IMG/VR virus record: IMGVR_UViG_3300023184_002375
Location: 1,725 to 65,724 of that record
DNA: 64,000 bases
Source: a virus
Lineage: Duplodnaviria > Caudoviricetes
Strand: one strand, 5' to 3'
Part shown: positions 1 through 11,290 of the stretch, one piece after another
How the letters are laid out: each line of letters opens with the position of its first letter
Numbering within the stretch: the stretch's first letter is position 1
Position numbers and translations under genes: made by a program
Notes under the pieces: generated by a model
Databases searched by the model: none
Told to the model about the DNA's origin: nothing
What the model saw: the letters and a program-made list of their open reading frames with translations, nothing else

Positions 1-2
1 CT

Positions 3-3000
3 ATCTATACTAACTCTATAGTAATAAATTCAACAAGTACTATTGGTGGTGCTGAAATTATTACTACTGCTACTATTTCTCAGTATGCATCTACTTCTAC
101 AACAAATGTTCTCATAGCAACTACCAGTACTGCACCTAATGCAGTAAATGGTCAACTTTGGTTTAATTCCGAGGACGGCCGAGCTTATATCAAATACGAT
201 AATGCGTGGGTTGACTTTAGTCCAAGTATAGTACCTCCAGCAAGTACATACTTAGATGGTTTAACCATAGACGGTACTACAATTAGTACAGTAGATACTA
301 CTGCTACAAACATTTATATAGACAGCAACTTAAATGTAAGTGGTGCATTATTTGCTAATACAACTAGTTTTGTAGCCGGGTCCGAAATATTAACCACAGC
401 TACTCTTGCTGAATTTTCATATCTTATTCCGGGTAGTGTACAAGGCATACAAGGCATACAAGGTACTCAGGGAACACAAGGCATACAAGGCATACAAGGT
501 ATTACTGGTAGTTTTACAGGTACTACTGCTGAAATAGTTCATATTATTAATACTACGGCATCAACGTCAACTACCACAGGTGCGTTGATAGTAGATGGCG
601 GAGTGGGCATTGGCGGCGATTTATTCATTGGCGGCGATATTAAGGATTCAAACGGATCACTAATACATATTGCAACCACTAGCACAGCACCTAATAGACA
701 AAATGGACAAATATGGTTCAATTCTGAAGACGGCCGTGCTTATATAAAATACGATGGCAATTGGGTTGATTTAAGCCCGAGTATAGTACCACCAGTTAGC
801 ACATACCTGGGTGAATTAACTATAGATGGTACTACAATTAGTACTATAGACAGCACCTTAACAAATATCTATATAGATAGCATTTTAGATGTTAGTGGAG
901 CAATCTATACAAATAACTATTTGGTTAGTACTCTTACTAATATTAGTAGTGGTGTTGGCATCAGTGTATCACGTACAAATAGCGGAACTGTAACTGTTAG
1001 CAACACAGGTGTATTAAGGATAGTAGCAGGTGTAGATACATCTATATCTACTGCCACAGGCGTTGTAATAATAAACAACACAGGTACATTGCAAACAATT
1101 ACCAATCGTGGATCCACAACAACTAATGCTATTAACATTACTTCAACTGCGGCAAGTACAAATACAATCACAGGTGCATTAATAATCGCAGGTGGTGTTG
1201 GCATAGGTGGCGATATATTCATTGATGGTGATATTAGAGATGTTAATGGATCACTAATACATATAGCAACTACCAGCACAGCTCCTACAAGAGTAGATGG
1301 ACAGTTATGGTTTAACTCTGAAGACGGACGTGCTTATATCAAATACAATAATAATTGGATTGATTTTAGTCCAAGTATAGTACCACCAACAAGTACATAC
1401 CTTGATGGATTAGTAGTTGAAGGCACCACTATTCGTACAATAGACACCACAGCTACTACTGTTTATATTGATAAAGATTTAGATGTAGCCGGTGCATTGT
1501 TTGTTAATACCACAAGTTTTGTAGCAGGTGCAGAAATAATAACTACGGCTACAATTGCTGAATTTGCTTATCTTGGACCACAAGGCATTCAGGGCATACA
1601 AGGTATTGTTGGTTATACTGGTAGCCAAGGCATTCAGGGTGTACAGGGCATACAAGGTATACAAGGTATTGTTGGTTATACTGGTAGCCAAGGTATACAA
1701 GGAACAATAGGTCAACCAGGACAAAGCGTAAGAATTACTGGCAGTACATCATCCTATGCTACTTTAGAAACTCCATATACAGGTCTTCAATGGGACGGGT
1801 ATATTACTTTAGATAATGGACATTTAAATGTATGGGATGGTGCAATATGGCTTGATGTTGGTAATATTACAGGTCCACAAGGTACTCAAGGTATACAGGG
1901 ATTACAAGGTATACAGGGATTACAAGGTATACAGGGATTACAAGGTATACAGGGATTACAAGGAATTCAGGGAATTCAAGGTATACAGGGAATTCAAGGT
2001 ATACAAGGATTACAAGGTATACAGGGATTACAAGGTATACAGGGATTACAAGGTATACAGGGTGTTATTGGCTACACTGGTAGTGCTGTAATAGGATTGA
2101 CCAGTAATGCTACTAATACAGTAACATTATCTTCTGGATTTAAATTTATACCCGAGACAGATAAGTTACAAGACTTAGGAGATCCTAGTCACAGATTTGG
2201 CAAAATATATTTGGCTGGTCAAACTATTTTTCTTGGCGATACAATACTTTCCACAGGACCAGATGGTGATTTACAATTAACAAAATCAAATGGTGATTTA
2301 GAAAAAATAACAGTAAGTTCTTTGAAATTAGGATCTACTGGTACTGATGGAGTTGTACTATCATTTAGTAGTGGTACATTCTCCATAGAAGGCGCAATTA
2401 CAAATGTTACCAGCATACTAACAACAGGAACTATTACTGCTACAAATATTATTGTTAATAGTAGTGATGTATCAACATCTACTACCACAGGTGCTTTAAT
2501 TGTAGCAGGTGGTGTTGGCATCGGCGGCGATATATCACTGGGCGGAAAATTAATTAGTGATGTAGTTGATATAGATGGTACCAATGGCGTTAGAATTGCC
2601 ACAAGTAACAGTAATATTATTTGGTCGTTTAATTCAAATGGCACTACAAAATTCCCTTATTATACATTCCCTGCATCAACAGGCACCGCGGGCCAAGTAT
2701 TAGTTGATCTTGCAGGTAACGGAATTTTAAGTTGGCAAGATCAAACCGGTAGTGGTGGCACAGGATCTAGCAGTACGGGTACTTTGCAAATTGTTACAGA
2801 TTATGGTGCCACTACTACTAATGCCATATCAATAACTAATCTTACTATATCAACCTCAACTGATACAGGTGCATTGATTGTCACAGGTGGAGTTGGTATT
2901 GGTGGCGATATTAATATTGGCGGAGCATCTTACGCAAATACAACCAGCTTTGTAGCTGGTGCTGAAATATTAACTACGGGTACTATAGAGTTATATGCAG

Positions 3001-3464
3001 TTACACTTACTGGTGTTCAAACTTTAACTAATAAAACTATAATTGTACCTAGTGGTGGAGCAATATACTTTGCCGACGATGTTGCATTATCTCAAGCACA
3101 CGGTGCTACTATTCCTTACCAACAAAAATCTGCTGCTCCAAAGATGTATACCAATGCAGATTTCAATACTGGAATATTATGGAAAGATGCAGGAGAATTT
3201 AATCCCGACGATGGATGGAATGTTATAGATTCTGTGGCAGATAGTTCATTATTACCAGTGGGATATACTGGTGCCGTATATGATGCATATATTACTCTTG
3301 ATAATAATCATGTATGGTATTGGGCAGCAGTAAGTATTACAGATTTAAAACCAGGTGATCATTATTATGACGATGTAAATTTTGCCATAAACATATGTTT
3401 TGTTTATTTAAATCCAGATAGTGGTAGTCTAACATATTCTATGTTAGATATAACTCCAAGGTAA
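3..3464 (+). CDS. Tail-fibre-like protein with collagen-like repeats (5'-partial; reading frame open back to position 3)
   Basis: The ORF-track frame (585..3464) reads without a stop from position 3 (IYTNSIVINSTSTIGGAEIITT...), so the true start lies left of the window. It has three copies of ATTSTAP..NGQLWFNSEDGRAYIKY..WVDFSPSIVPP, G-x-Q triplets, and recurrent STTTGALIVAGGVGIGG fibre motifs. Confidence 0.85.
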   Translation: MYTNSIVINSTSTIGGAEIITTATISQYASTSTTNVLIATTSTAPNAVNGQLWFNSEDGRAYIKYDNAWVDFSPSIVPPASTYLDGLTIDGTTISTVDTTATNIYIDSNLNVSGALFANTTSFVAGSEILTTATLAEFSYLIPGSVQGIQGIQGTQGTQGIQGIQGITGSFTGTTAEIVHIINTTASTSTTTGALIVDGGVGIGGDLFIGGDIKDSNGSLIHIATTSTAPNRQNGQIWFNSEDGRAYIKYDGNWVDLSPSIVPPVSTYLGELTIDGTTISTIDSTLTNIYIDSILDVSGAIYTNNYLVSTLTNISSGVGISVSRTNSGTVTVSNTGVLRIVAGVDTSISTATGVVIINNTGTLQTITNRGSTTTNAINITSTAASTNTITGALIIAGGVGIGGDIFIDGDIRDVNGSLIHIATTSTAPTRVDGQLWFNSEDGRAYIKYNNNWIDFSPSIVPPTSTYLDGLVVEGTTIRTIDTTATTVYIDKDLDVAGALFVNTTSFVAGAEIITTATIAEFAYLGPQGIQGIQGIVGYTGSQGIQGVQGIQGIQGIVGYTGSQGIQGTIGQPGQSVRITGSTSSYATLETPYTGLQWDGYITLDNGHLNVWDGAIWLDVGNITGPQGTQGIQGLQGIQGLQGIQGLQGIQGLQGIQGIQGIQGIQGIQGLQGIQGLQGIQGLQGIQGVIGYTGSAVIGLTSNATNTVTLSSGFKFIPETDKLQDLGDPSHRFGKIYLAGQTIFLGDTILSTGPDGDLQLTKSNGDLEKITVSSLKLGSTGTDGVVLSFSSGTFSIEGAITNVTSILTTGTITATNIIVNSSDVSTSTTTGALIVAGGVGIGGDISLGGKLISDVVDIDGTNGVRIATSNSNIIWSFNSNGTTKFPYYTFPASTGTAGQVLVDLAGNGILSWQDQTGSGGTGSSSTGTLQIVTDYGATTTNAISITNLTISTSTDTGALIVTGGVGIGGDINIGGASYANTTSFVAGAEILTTGTIELYAVTLTGVQTLTNKTIIVPSGGAIYFADDVALSQAHGATIPYQQKSAAPKMYTNADFNTGILWKDAGEFNPDDGWNVIDSVADSSLLPVGYTGAVYDAYITLDNNHVWYWAAVSITDLKPGDHYYDDVNFAINICFVYLNPDSGSLTYSMLDITPR
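1575..2080 (+). repeat. Collagen-like 9-nt-periodic coding repeats
   Basis: caaggtatacagggatta-type tandem units encoding (GIQGLQ)n, interrupted by one small globular module. Confidence 0.9.
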
Positions 3465-3476
3465 AAAAACCCAAGG

Positions 3477-3482
3477 TAAATA
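3477..3482 (+). promoter_or_regulatory. Late-promoter-like TAAATA
   Basis: Intergenic, immediately upstream of 3490. Confidence 0.55.
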
Positions 3483-3489
3483 TTAAACT

Positions 3490-6400
3490 GTGGCAATATA
3501 TTTTAATCCGTACCCGCTTTTACCATCTGGTCCAACACCTTCGACCACAAGTACCTACCGATATTTTGGTGGTTTGGATGTTTTTATTACCAATGCTGGT
3601 GCGGTACAAGTTGCTACATTAGGCGCCAGCGGCGCAGGAAAATACTTAAACTCTAACTATGATGATACAAAACCGTATCTATCACAACCTGCTGGACAAA
3701 GTGGATTTTGGGGATCAGTTGTACCAAAATCAGAAACGACACATCCGTGGACTACTGTTCCTAGTATTCCTACAGTTACTGCCAAAACCGAAATCTTAGA
3801 GCAAATAGTTACGGCAGGGCAATCGATAACATTTACACCTGTGAGTGCTACAGGTGGTACAGCAGTATATACCAACTATGATACCATTACAGGTACCATT
3901 ACAGGAGCGGCTAATACCTCTACAAGTCCACTTACAATTTCTATAAGTCCTGCTCTTCCTGTTGGAATGAATTGGTATCCATCTAAAACTAATATAGTTG
4001 CAGGTACTGTTAAGCCTACACAAGATGCATATTATAGTTCAGTTGCAGGAGCAGTTAATCCTCCTCAATATCGTGTAACTTATACAATTGCTTCAAATAT
4101 AGGCCTAGCACCAGTAGTTGGACAATTCTATACAGTTCGCGGTCAAACAAAAGTAAGTTATAATGGTACTTATAAATGTACTAACTATATTGCTGATACC
4201 ATAACACTTGAATACCTAGGTTCATCGGGCGATCCAAGTTATACCGGTGGTGCAGCTACTAGTCTTGGTGGATATACTGGTCAGACAGGATGGCAAACAA
4301 GTTCATATGTAACAATCACAGATGCAGATGTTTATGCTTCTGTAAGGACTGATGGATCAACACAGTATAAAGATTGGCAAAACTATGCTGCTGTAACAAT
4401 TGTAGGAACTCCACAAAACGCAGATGTTGGAACTAAAACTTATACGGTTACATTCACTGATGGTAGCAGTCCTCCAAAAAGTGGTTCTGCATCATTTAAA
4501 ATAACAACAAATCCCGGTGCTGCTGATTTATCTTATACATTAGATATTAGTTCACGTAGTCTAACACAAGGTACAGCAGATAGTTTTAAACCATTGAGTG
4601 CAGCAGGTGGAACTACTCCATATACATACAGTATTGTTTCTCCTCCATCGTTACCTGCAGGATTATCCATTAATCCAACAACCGGTGTTATTTCTGGAAC
4701 ACCAACAGCATATAGTGGTGCTACACAATATACCGTAAAAGTTGCAGATAGTGCTGGTGCTTCAAAGACTGATGTAGTTATCTTGACCGTAACTGCTCCA
4801 GCAGTGGTCGCTACTGCGGTTATTCCAAGTACTTACCAATTTAATCGAACAATACCTTTTACAACATTTAAACCTGTTAATGGTAGTGGTGGGTATGGAG
4901 GATTACGTTATTCAGCAGCTTCGTTGCCTACGGGACTTAGCATTAATACCACAACTGGATATATTTCCGGAACTGGTACAGTAGTAACAGCAGCTACACC
5001 TTATGTAATTACGGTAACAGATTATAATACACCAGTTGCATCAACTAATAATGCTACTATTACAATTACCGTTGTAGATCTGCCAGCATTAAATTCTACT
5101 GTATCACCTGCGGCCCCATATACACTGACTAAGAAATCTGGCACCTATTCTTTTACTCCTGTTACTGGTAGTGGTGGATATCTTCCGCAAGGAACATCAT
5201 TATTATATACCATCACCGGTACAGTAAGTTTAGCATCAATTGGGCTATCTATTAATTCAACTAATGGAGTAATATCTGGAAATCCTACAGCATTGTTGGT
5301 ACCTACTAATTTTACTATAACTGTTTCAGATCAAGCTGTCCCACCACAAACAAGTAGTGGAACATTTAGTATTGAAGTAGTAGCGTTAGCGTTGAGCACA
5401 TTTTTAGATGTTCCTACTCCGCCACCTGCAATAAAGAATGTTGCAATTGCAAATTTTAGACCAGTAAGCGCCAGTGGTGGAGATGGTAGTTATACCTACT
5501 CTATTTTACCAAACATAACTTCAGACACTGGGTTATCATTTAATACCAGCACTGGTTATGTATATGGAACTGCAACGTCGGTAATTGGTAATACACCATA
5601 TACTGTAACTGTCACTGACCAAACTACACCATCGCCTCAAACAAGTAGTAAAATATTTACTCTAAGAGTAGATGCTCCGCCAGTGTTAATTGTGTCTGCT
5701 ATAACAGAAAAAATATTAACACAATATGATACCTTTACCGCATTTACTCCTGTGGTTGCTAATGGTGGATATGGCTCATTAAATTATTCTATATCGCCCT
5801 TATTACCAACAGGACTTACCTTTGCTACTAATGGTGTAAATGCTGGACAGATATCAGGACCCGCAACAAAATATTTAATAACGGCCACTGCATTTACCGT
5901 TACCATTGCTGACCAAGCAGCACAGTCGACATCATCAAGTTTCTTATTAACTGTTAAAACTAGACCGTTAGTGGTTAAGACTGACAAACAAAAAGAAACT
6001 TTTATACGTAGCGTTAACGCTACATCATATAGGCCAGTGAGTGCCACAGGTGGATCTGAAACATATGGTTACGAATTAGACATAGGTCTACCCGCTGGAT
6101 TATTGTTTAGTACATCAACTGGATTTATTTCTGGCAAAGCAACTACTACCAGCACAACTACTACATATTCTGTTAGTATTACTGATACATTAGGTGTTAG
6201 TGGAATAAGCACATTTGATTTAAATGTTGTTGAACCACCACCAATTTCTACATTTCTTACAAACCCAACAGTTAGTAGTAGTACATTTTATAAATCAGTT
6301 ACTAATGTTAATCTAGCACCAGTTGGTGCCGGTGGTGGATATGGTTCTATAACTTTTTCTATTAATCCAGATGTTAAAACAGATACAGGATTAACGTTTG

Positions 6401-9400
6401 GTACAAACGGTGTTTTATCTGGATATGCTACAAAATATGTAGATAAAATATACACTATTTCTGCAACAGATAGTATAGGACAATCAAGTAGCACTAATTA
6501 TGCAATAAAGATTACCTATGTACCGCTATCAATTACACAAGTTGTAGTTACTTCGGTATTGACAAGAAGCAAAACTATCACACCATTTATCCCTGCGACG
6601 AGTTCAGGCGGTAGCGGTGGCACTAGTTTTACTATATCGCCGGATATAACTGCTAACATAGGATTATCATTTGATGGTAGCATAGGTAGGATATATGGAA
6701 CACCAAGTTCTACCTGTACAGATACAGCTTATACAATTACTGCTAAAGATACTGATAATAATACTGCTAGTACAACTACTAACATAATTGTAAATGAGCC
6801 TGCTCCAATATTAACCACCTCTACTACAGCTTCGGTTACATTAACTGTTAATCAAAGTTTTACAGCATTTACTCCAGTAACTGCATCGGGTGGTGATGGA
6901 CAGATATCTTATGTTATTGGTCCAACATTACCGTTGGGATTAACTTTTGATGTCAATACAGGCGCTATTAGTGGCGTTCCTGGAACAACAAGTACTACCG
7001 CTACATATGTAGTAACTGCTACAGATGCATTATTTCAAGTTAGTAGTAGTAGTTTCTTACTTGATATTCTACCACAACCAATATCTATTACAACGCCTTA
7101 TCCAACGTTGGTTTACACAAAATATACTTCTGTAACTCCTGTTATTCCAGTTCTAGCAACTGGTGGATTTGGACAAAAAGCATATACAATAATTGGCAAC
7201 AATTTACCAGCAGGATTGATATACAATACCAGTATTGGTGAAATTTCTGGAACACCGTCCGAAACATCAGCAACTACACTATATTCAGTTGTAGTTACTG
7301 ATATACTAGGACAAACTAATTCTGGTACATTTACATTAACGGTTAATGATGTTTTACCCGATCCATTAACCGCGGTAGCGTCTGATAGTTTATTTTCTTT
7401 AAGTATAGGTAATTCTGTTACATTACACGCTGTAACAGGGTCCGGTGGAGTTGGAACTTATACCTATGCTATTAGTCCATTGACACTGCCTGCTGGATTA
7501 TCTTTTAATACAAGTACTGGTGATATATCAGGTACACCAACTTCTACTGCAACTGCTGCACTTTATTCTATTACAATAACTGATAACACTCCACAAAGTA
7601 AGAGTGCAAGTTTTTCTATTGAAGTTATACAATCGCTTACTGGCGGCGGCAAAGGATATACTGGTAGTAGAGGTTATACAGGTAGTGCAGGATATGCTGG
7701 TAGTCGAGGTTATTCTGGTAGCTTAGGCTATACTGGTAGTATTGGCTATACTGGCAGTCAGGGTATCCAAGGTATACAGGGTATACAAGGCACTGATGGA
7801 TCACAAGGTATACAGGGTATACAAGGCACAGATGGAATTCAAGGTATACAAGGCACAGATGGAATTCAAGGTATACAAGGCACAGATGGACTACAGGGCA
7901 TTCAGGGTACTCAAGGTGTTTTAGGTTATACCGGTAGTGCTAGTACAGCAACTGGATATACAGGTAGTCAAGGAGTACCTGGCACACCTGGTACTAGTGT
8001 GGTTATCGTTGGCTCAACTTCTTCATATTCAACATTAATTATTCCATATCTAGGAAATATTGGTGATGGATATATTTTAATAGATACTGGACACCTTGCT
8101 GTTTGGTCTGGAACAATATGGAATGATGTTGGAGAATTTATTGGATATACAGGCAGTCAAGGCGCTCAAGGTATACAAGGTACAGATGGATCACAGGGCA
8201 TTCAGGGTATACAGGGTACTGATGGTATACAAGGTATACAAGGAACAGATGGATCACAGGGCATTCAAGGGCCTCAAGGTATACAAGGTACTCAGGGCAC
8301 AGATGGACTACAAGGTATACAAGGTACTCAGGGCACTGATGGACTACAAGGTATACAGGGTACACAAGGTACTGATGGTTTACAAGGCATTCAAGGTACA
8401 GATGGGCTACAAGGCATTCAAGGTATTCAGGGTACAGATGGACTACAAGGTATACAGGGTACACAAGGTACTGATGGTTTACAAGGCATTCAAGGTATAA
8501 GAGGATTTATTGGAGTCCAAGGTATACAAGGTATCGTAGGTTATACTGGTAGTCAAGGCATTCGGGGTATACAAGGTACTGATGGGTCACAAGGCATACA
8601 AGGTATTCAGGGCACTGATGGTATTCAGGGCATACAAGGTACTGATGGGTCACAAGGTATACAAGGTATTCAGGGCACTGACGGTTTACAAGGCATTCAA
8701 GGCATTCAAGGTATAATAGGTTATACTGGTAGTCAAGGTATACAAGGTGTAATAGGTTATACTGGTAGTCAAGGTATTCAGGGTGTACAAGGTATACAAG
8801 GTATAATAGGTTATACTGGTAGCCAAGGTATTCAGGGTATAGTAGGTTACACCGGAAGTCAGGGCATTCAAGGTATACAAGGTATAATAGGTTATACTGG
8901 TAGTCAAGGTATACAAGGTATTGTAGGTTATACTGGTAGCCAGGGCATTCAGGGAGTTATAGGTTATACAGGTAGCCACGGTGATACTGGAGTTTTTATA
9001 GGAGCAACACCGCCCCCGACTACAGATATTTTATGGCTTGATACTGTAGAGAACCCTCTAGTTCCGTTAGTTCCATTAGGTGGAACAGAAGGACAAGTTT
9101 TAGTAAAACTGAGCTCAACTGATTTTGATGTAGCGTGGGCCAATGGAATACAAGGTATACAAGGAATTCAAGGTCGGCAGGGTGTACAGGGCATTCAAGG
9201 TACACAAGGTGTTGTAGGTTATACTGGCAGTATTGGATATACCGGTAGTAAAGGTGAAGCAGGTAGTTTTGGTGGAGCAGCATTTGAATATGTATACAGT
9301 AGTGATACAACTGGAACTGACCCTGCCTCTGGACAAATAGAATTTAATACATCAACGTTTTCTACCAGTACTACAGTGGCCTATATTAATTTCTATGATC

Positions 9401-9897
9401 GTCTTAGTGAGTCTGTTTATTCATATTTGCAAACCATTGATGATTCCACTTCACTAATAAAAGGACACTTTTCAGTAACAGAAAAAGCAGATCCTAATAA
9501 CTATGGGTTGTTTGCCATAACTGGATCACATACCGAAGAAGGAACTCCTTCAATTAATCATTTCCATATTCCTATTGCATATTTGTCAGGCACACCAACA
9601 TTCACTAACGGTATGGTTGTTATTGTTACATTTGCTAGAACAGGTGATCGGGGAGATAATGGAATTCAAGGTTATACAGGTAGTCAAGGCCAAACTGGAA
9701 GTTTTACAAGTACCACTGCTCAAGTTGTAAACATTACAAATATTAGCATATCAACGTCAACTACAACAGGTGCGTTAATAGTAGCAGGAGGAGTTGGTAT
9801 TGGTGGAAATTTAAATGTCGGCGGAAATTTAAATATTACTGGAAACATCACTCCAAATATATATAATCCTTACTTGGTGGGATTATTTTATAATTAA
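3490..9897 (+). CDS. 2135-aa putative-Ig (He_PIG-like) repeat protein with collagen-like segment; probable virion fibre/adhesin
   Basis: About 12 repeats of the LPxGLS[IF]NxxTGxISGTPT...Y.ITVTD pattern (aa ~100-1380), then G-x-Q/GYTGSQ triplets and a C-terminal GALIVAGGVGIGG motif. GTG start preceded by AAGG and TAAATA. Confidence 0.85.
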   Translation: MAIYFNPYPLLPSGPTPSTTSTYRYFGGLDVFITNAGAVQVATLGASGAGKYLNSNYDDTKPYLSQPAGQSGFWGSVVPKSETTHPWTTVPSIPTVTAKTEILEQIVTAGQSITFTPVSATGGTAVYTNYDTITGTITGAANTSTSPLTISISPALPVGMNWYPSKTNIVAGTVKPTQDAYYSSVAGAVNPPQYRVTYTIASNIGLAPVVGQFYTVRGQTKVSYNGTYKCTNYIADTITLEYLGSSGDPSYTGGAATSLGGYTGQTGWQTSSYVTITDADVYASVRTDGSTQYKDWQNYAAVTIVGTPQNADVGTKTYTVTFTDGSSPPKSGSASFKITTNPGAADLSYTLDISSRSLTQGTADSFKPLSAAGGTTPYTYSIVSPPSLPAGLSINPTTGVISGTPTAYSGATQYTVKVADSAGASKTDVVILTVTAPAVVATAVIPSTYQFNRTIPFTTFKPVNGSGGYGGLRYSAASLPTGLSINTTTGYISGTGTVVTAATPYVITVTDYNTPVASTNNATITITVVDLPALNSTVSPAAPYTLTKKSGTYSFTPVTGSGGYLPQGTSLLYTITGTVSLASIGLSINSTNGVISGNPTALLVPTNFTITVSDQAVPPQTSSGTFSIEVVALALSTFLDVPTPPPAIKNVAIANFRPVSASGGDGSYTYSILPNITSDTGLSFNTSTGYVYGTATSVIGNTPYTVTVTDQTTPSPQTSSKIFTLRVDAPPVLIVSAITEKILTQYDTFTAFTPVVANGGYGSLNYSISPLLPTGLTFATNGVNAGQISGPATKYLITATAFTVTIADQAAQSTSSSFLLTVKTRPLVVKTDKQKETFIRSVNATSYRPVSATGGSETYGYELDIGLPAGLLFSTSTGFISGKATTTSTTTTYSVSITDTLGVSGISTFDLNVVEPPPISTFLTNPTVSSSTFYKSVTNVNLAPVGAGGGYGSITFSINPDVKTDTGLTFGTNGVLSGYATKYVDKIYTISATDSIGQSSSTNYAIKITYVPLSITQVVVTSVLTRSKTITPFIPATSSGGSGGTSFTISPDITANIGLSFDGSIGRIYGTPSSTCTDTAYTITAKDTDNNTASTTTNIIVNEPAPILTTSTTASVTLTVNQSFTAFTPVTASGGDGQISYVIGPTLPLGLTFDVNTGAISGVPGTTSTTATYVVTATDALFQVSSSSFLLDILPQPISITTPYPTLVYTKYTSVTPVIPVLATGGFGQKAYTIIGNNLPAGLIYNTSIGEISGTPSETSATTLYSVVVTDILGQTNSGTFTLTVNDVLPDPLTAVASDSLFSLSIGNSVTLHAVTGSGGVGTYTYAISPLTLPAGLSFNTSTGDISGTPTSTATAALYSITITDNTPQSKSASFSIEVIQSLTGGGKGYTGSRGYTGSAGYAGSRGYSGSLGYTGSIGYTGSQGIQGIQGIQGTDGSQGIQGIQGTDGIQGIQGTDGIQGIQGTDGLQGIQGTQGVLGYTGSASTATGYTGSQGVPGTPGTSVVIVGSTSSYSTLIIPYLGNIGDGYILIDTGHLAVWSGTIWNDVGEFIGYTGSQGAQGIQGTDGSQGIQGIQGTDGIQGIQGTDGSQGIQGPQGIQGTQGTDGLQGIQGTQGTDGLQGIQGTQGTDGLQGIQGTDGLQGIQGIQGTDGLQGIQGTQGTDGLQGIQGIRGFIGVQGIQGIVGYTGSQGIRGIQGTDGSQGIQGIQGTDGIQGIQGTDGSQGIQGIQGTDGLQGIQGIQGIIGYTGSQGIQGVIGYTGSQGIQGVQGIQGIIGYTGSQGIQGIVGYTGSQGIQGIQGIIGYTGSQGIQGIVGYTGSQGIQGVIGYTGSHGDTGVFIGATPPPTTDILWLDTVENPLVPLVPLGGTEGQVLVKLSSTDFDVAWANGIQGIQGIQGRQGVQGIQGTQGVVGYTGSIGYTGSKGEAGSFGGAAFEYVYSSDTTGTDPASGQIEFNTSTFSTSTTVAYINFYDRLSESVYSYLQTIDDSTSLIKGHFSVTEKADPNNYGLFAITGSHTEEGTPSINHFHIPIAYLSGTPTFTNGMVVIVTFARTGDRGDNGIQGYTGSQGQTGSFTSTTAQVVNITNISISTSTTTGALIVAGGVGIGGNLNVGGNLNITGNITPNIYNPYLVGLFYN
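7650..8985 (+). repeat. Collagen-like coding repeats
   Basis: [12 protein letters not shown] triplets. Confidence 0.9.
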
Positions 9898-9900
9898 ATA
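9895..9900 (+). promoter_or_regulatory. Late-promoter-like TAAATA overlapping the stop codon
   Basis: The TAA stop of 3490..9897 forms the first half of the motif. Confidence 0.55.
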
Positions 9901-9912
9901 AGAGAAAAACAT

Positions 9913-11286
9913 ATGATATTTTTAACCACAACTACAGATATTCTTCAACTTGTTACATCTGATGCAGGATATGTAACAAGTTATATAACTTGGGTAGACA
10001 ACAACTCATTAACAGGTGTAATAACTCCTGGTAGAACTAATACTGCTGCAATAACTGGTGCAACTACTACTATTATAACAGCAGCACCTGCACCTAATAC
10101 ATATCGTTCAATTAAATCAATTTTTATAACAAACACCTCATCATCTGTTACTAATACTTGTACTATTCAATATTCTGATGGAGCTATCATTACTCCGTTG
10201 TGGTCTGGTATTTTAGGATTTAGTGAAAGTATTTCTTATGATGGTTCAACTTTTATAAGATTGAATTCTGCAGGAACACCTGTTACCCAAGGGCTGGGCG
10301 GCCCAACAGATGTGCAAGTTTTTACAGCAACTAATACTTGGACAAAACCAACCACATTTAATCCTAAATTTGTTATGGTTAAATTATGGGGAGCGGGCGG
10401 AGGTGGCGGTGGCGGGTCAACTACTGCTACTGTGGTTGTCAGTAAGGGTGGCGCAGGCGGCGGTGCTGGAGCTCATGCTGTTGCTACCTATGTTGCCGCT
10501 GATCTAGACCCATCTATAAATGTAACAATAGGGCTTGGCGGCACATCAGGTGCAGGTGGTACTACAAGTGGCAATGGTGTTGGAGTTGTTGGCGGTATTG
10601 GCGGACGATCAGACTTCGGCGGTATATTATTTGCATACGGTGGCGGCGGCGGCGGACCAGGTCAGATTACAGCATTAGCCACTGGTGGTGGCGGTGGCGG
10701 TGGCTCGGCAACAGCTGGTGCGAGTGGTGCTGCTGCGGGCGGCGCAGGCGGAACTCCAGGAACTGGCGTTACAACCGGTAACTTTGGACCAACTGGTGCG
10801 CTTGGAGGAGTAGTGGCATTAGCAGCAGGTGTTAATGCAACTCAGGGAGCAGAATATGGTGGTGCAAGTGGTGGAGGATCTACAACAGCACCAGCAACAT
10901 CTGGTGCAGGTGGAAGTTCACTATTTGGCGGTGGCGGTGGTGGATCAGGTGCTGGGCGAGGAACAACAACTACAGTTGGTGCTGCTGCCCCGGGTGGAAA
11001 CAGTGGAGTATTTACAACCGGCGGCGGCGGCGCAGCTGGAGACAGTTCATTAGTTGCTGACGGAACCAACGGAAGTACTGGTGCGGCTGGCAATTCTACT
11101 AAAGGTGGTGCTGGTGGTGGTGGCGGCGGCGCATCTCTACTTGCTGGAGGAAATGGTGGCCGTGGCGGTAATGGTGGACAACCCGGTGGAGGTGGCGGTG
11201 GTGGTGGTGCAGGAGCAGGTACTACAGGTCTCGGCGGTAATGGTGGTGTAGGCGGCGCTGGATTAGCAGTGGTATATACTTGGTAA
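9913..11286 (+). CDS. Glycine-rich (polyglycine-II-type) adhesin-like protein
   Basis: N-terminal beta-rich domain, then VQVFTATNTWTKP...VKLWGAGGGGGGG and dense Gly runs ending GGAGLAVVYTW, the usual start/end pattern of phage glycine-rich domains. Confidence 0.8.
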   Translation: MIFLTTTTDILQLVTSDAGYVTSYITWVDNNSLTGVITPGRTNTAAITGATTTIITAAPAPNTYRSIKSIFITNTSSSVTNTCTIQYSDGAIITPLWSGILGFSESISYDGSTFIRLNSAGTPVTQGLGGPTDVQVFTATNTWTKPTTFNPKFVMVKLWGAGGGGGGGSTTATVVVSKGGAGGGAGAHAVATYVAADLDPSINVTIGLGGTSGAGGTTSGNGVGVVGGIGGRSDFGGILFAYGGGGGGPGQITALATGGGGGGGSATAGASGAAAGGAGGTPGTGVTTGNFGPTGALGGVVALAAGVNATQGAEYGGASGGGSTTAPATSGAGGSSLFGGGGGGSGAGRGTTTTVGAAAPGGNSGVFTTGGGGAAGDSSLVADGTNGSTGAAGNSTKGGAGGGGGGASLLAGGNGGRGGNGGQPGGGGGGGGAGAGTTGLGGNGGVGGAGLAVVYTW

Positions 11287-11290
11287 TAAA

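Noticed and set aside
585-587. TTG at 585 as the start of the first ORF
   Set aside because: The frame is open and homologous-repeat coding back to position 3, so the gene is 5'-truncated by the window.
3456-3480. CCAAGGTAAA direct repeat at the first gene junction
   Set aside because: Only two 10-nt copies; explained by a small local duplication of SD/promoter-like sequence with no further support.
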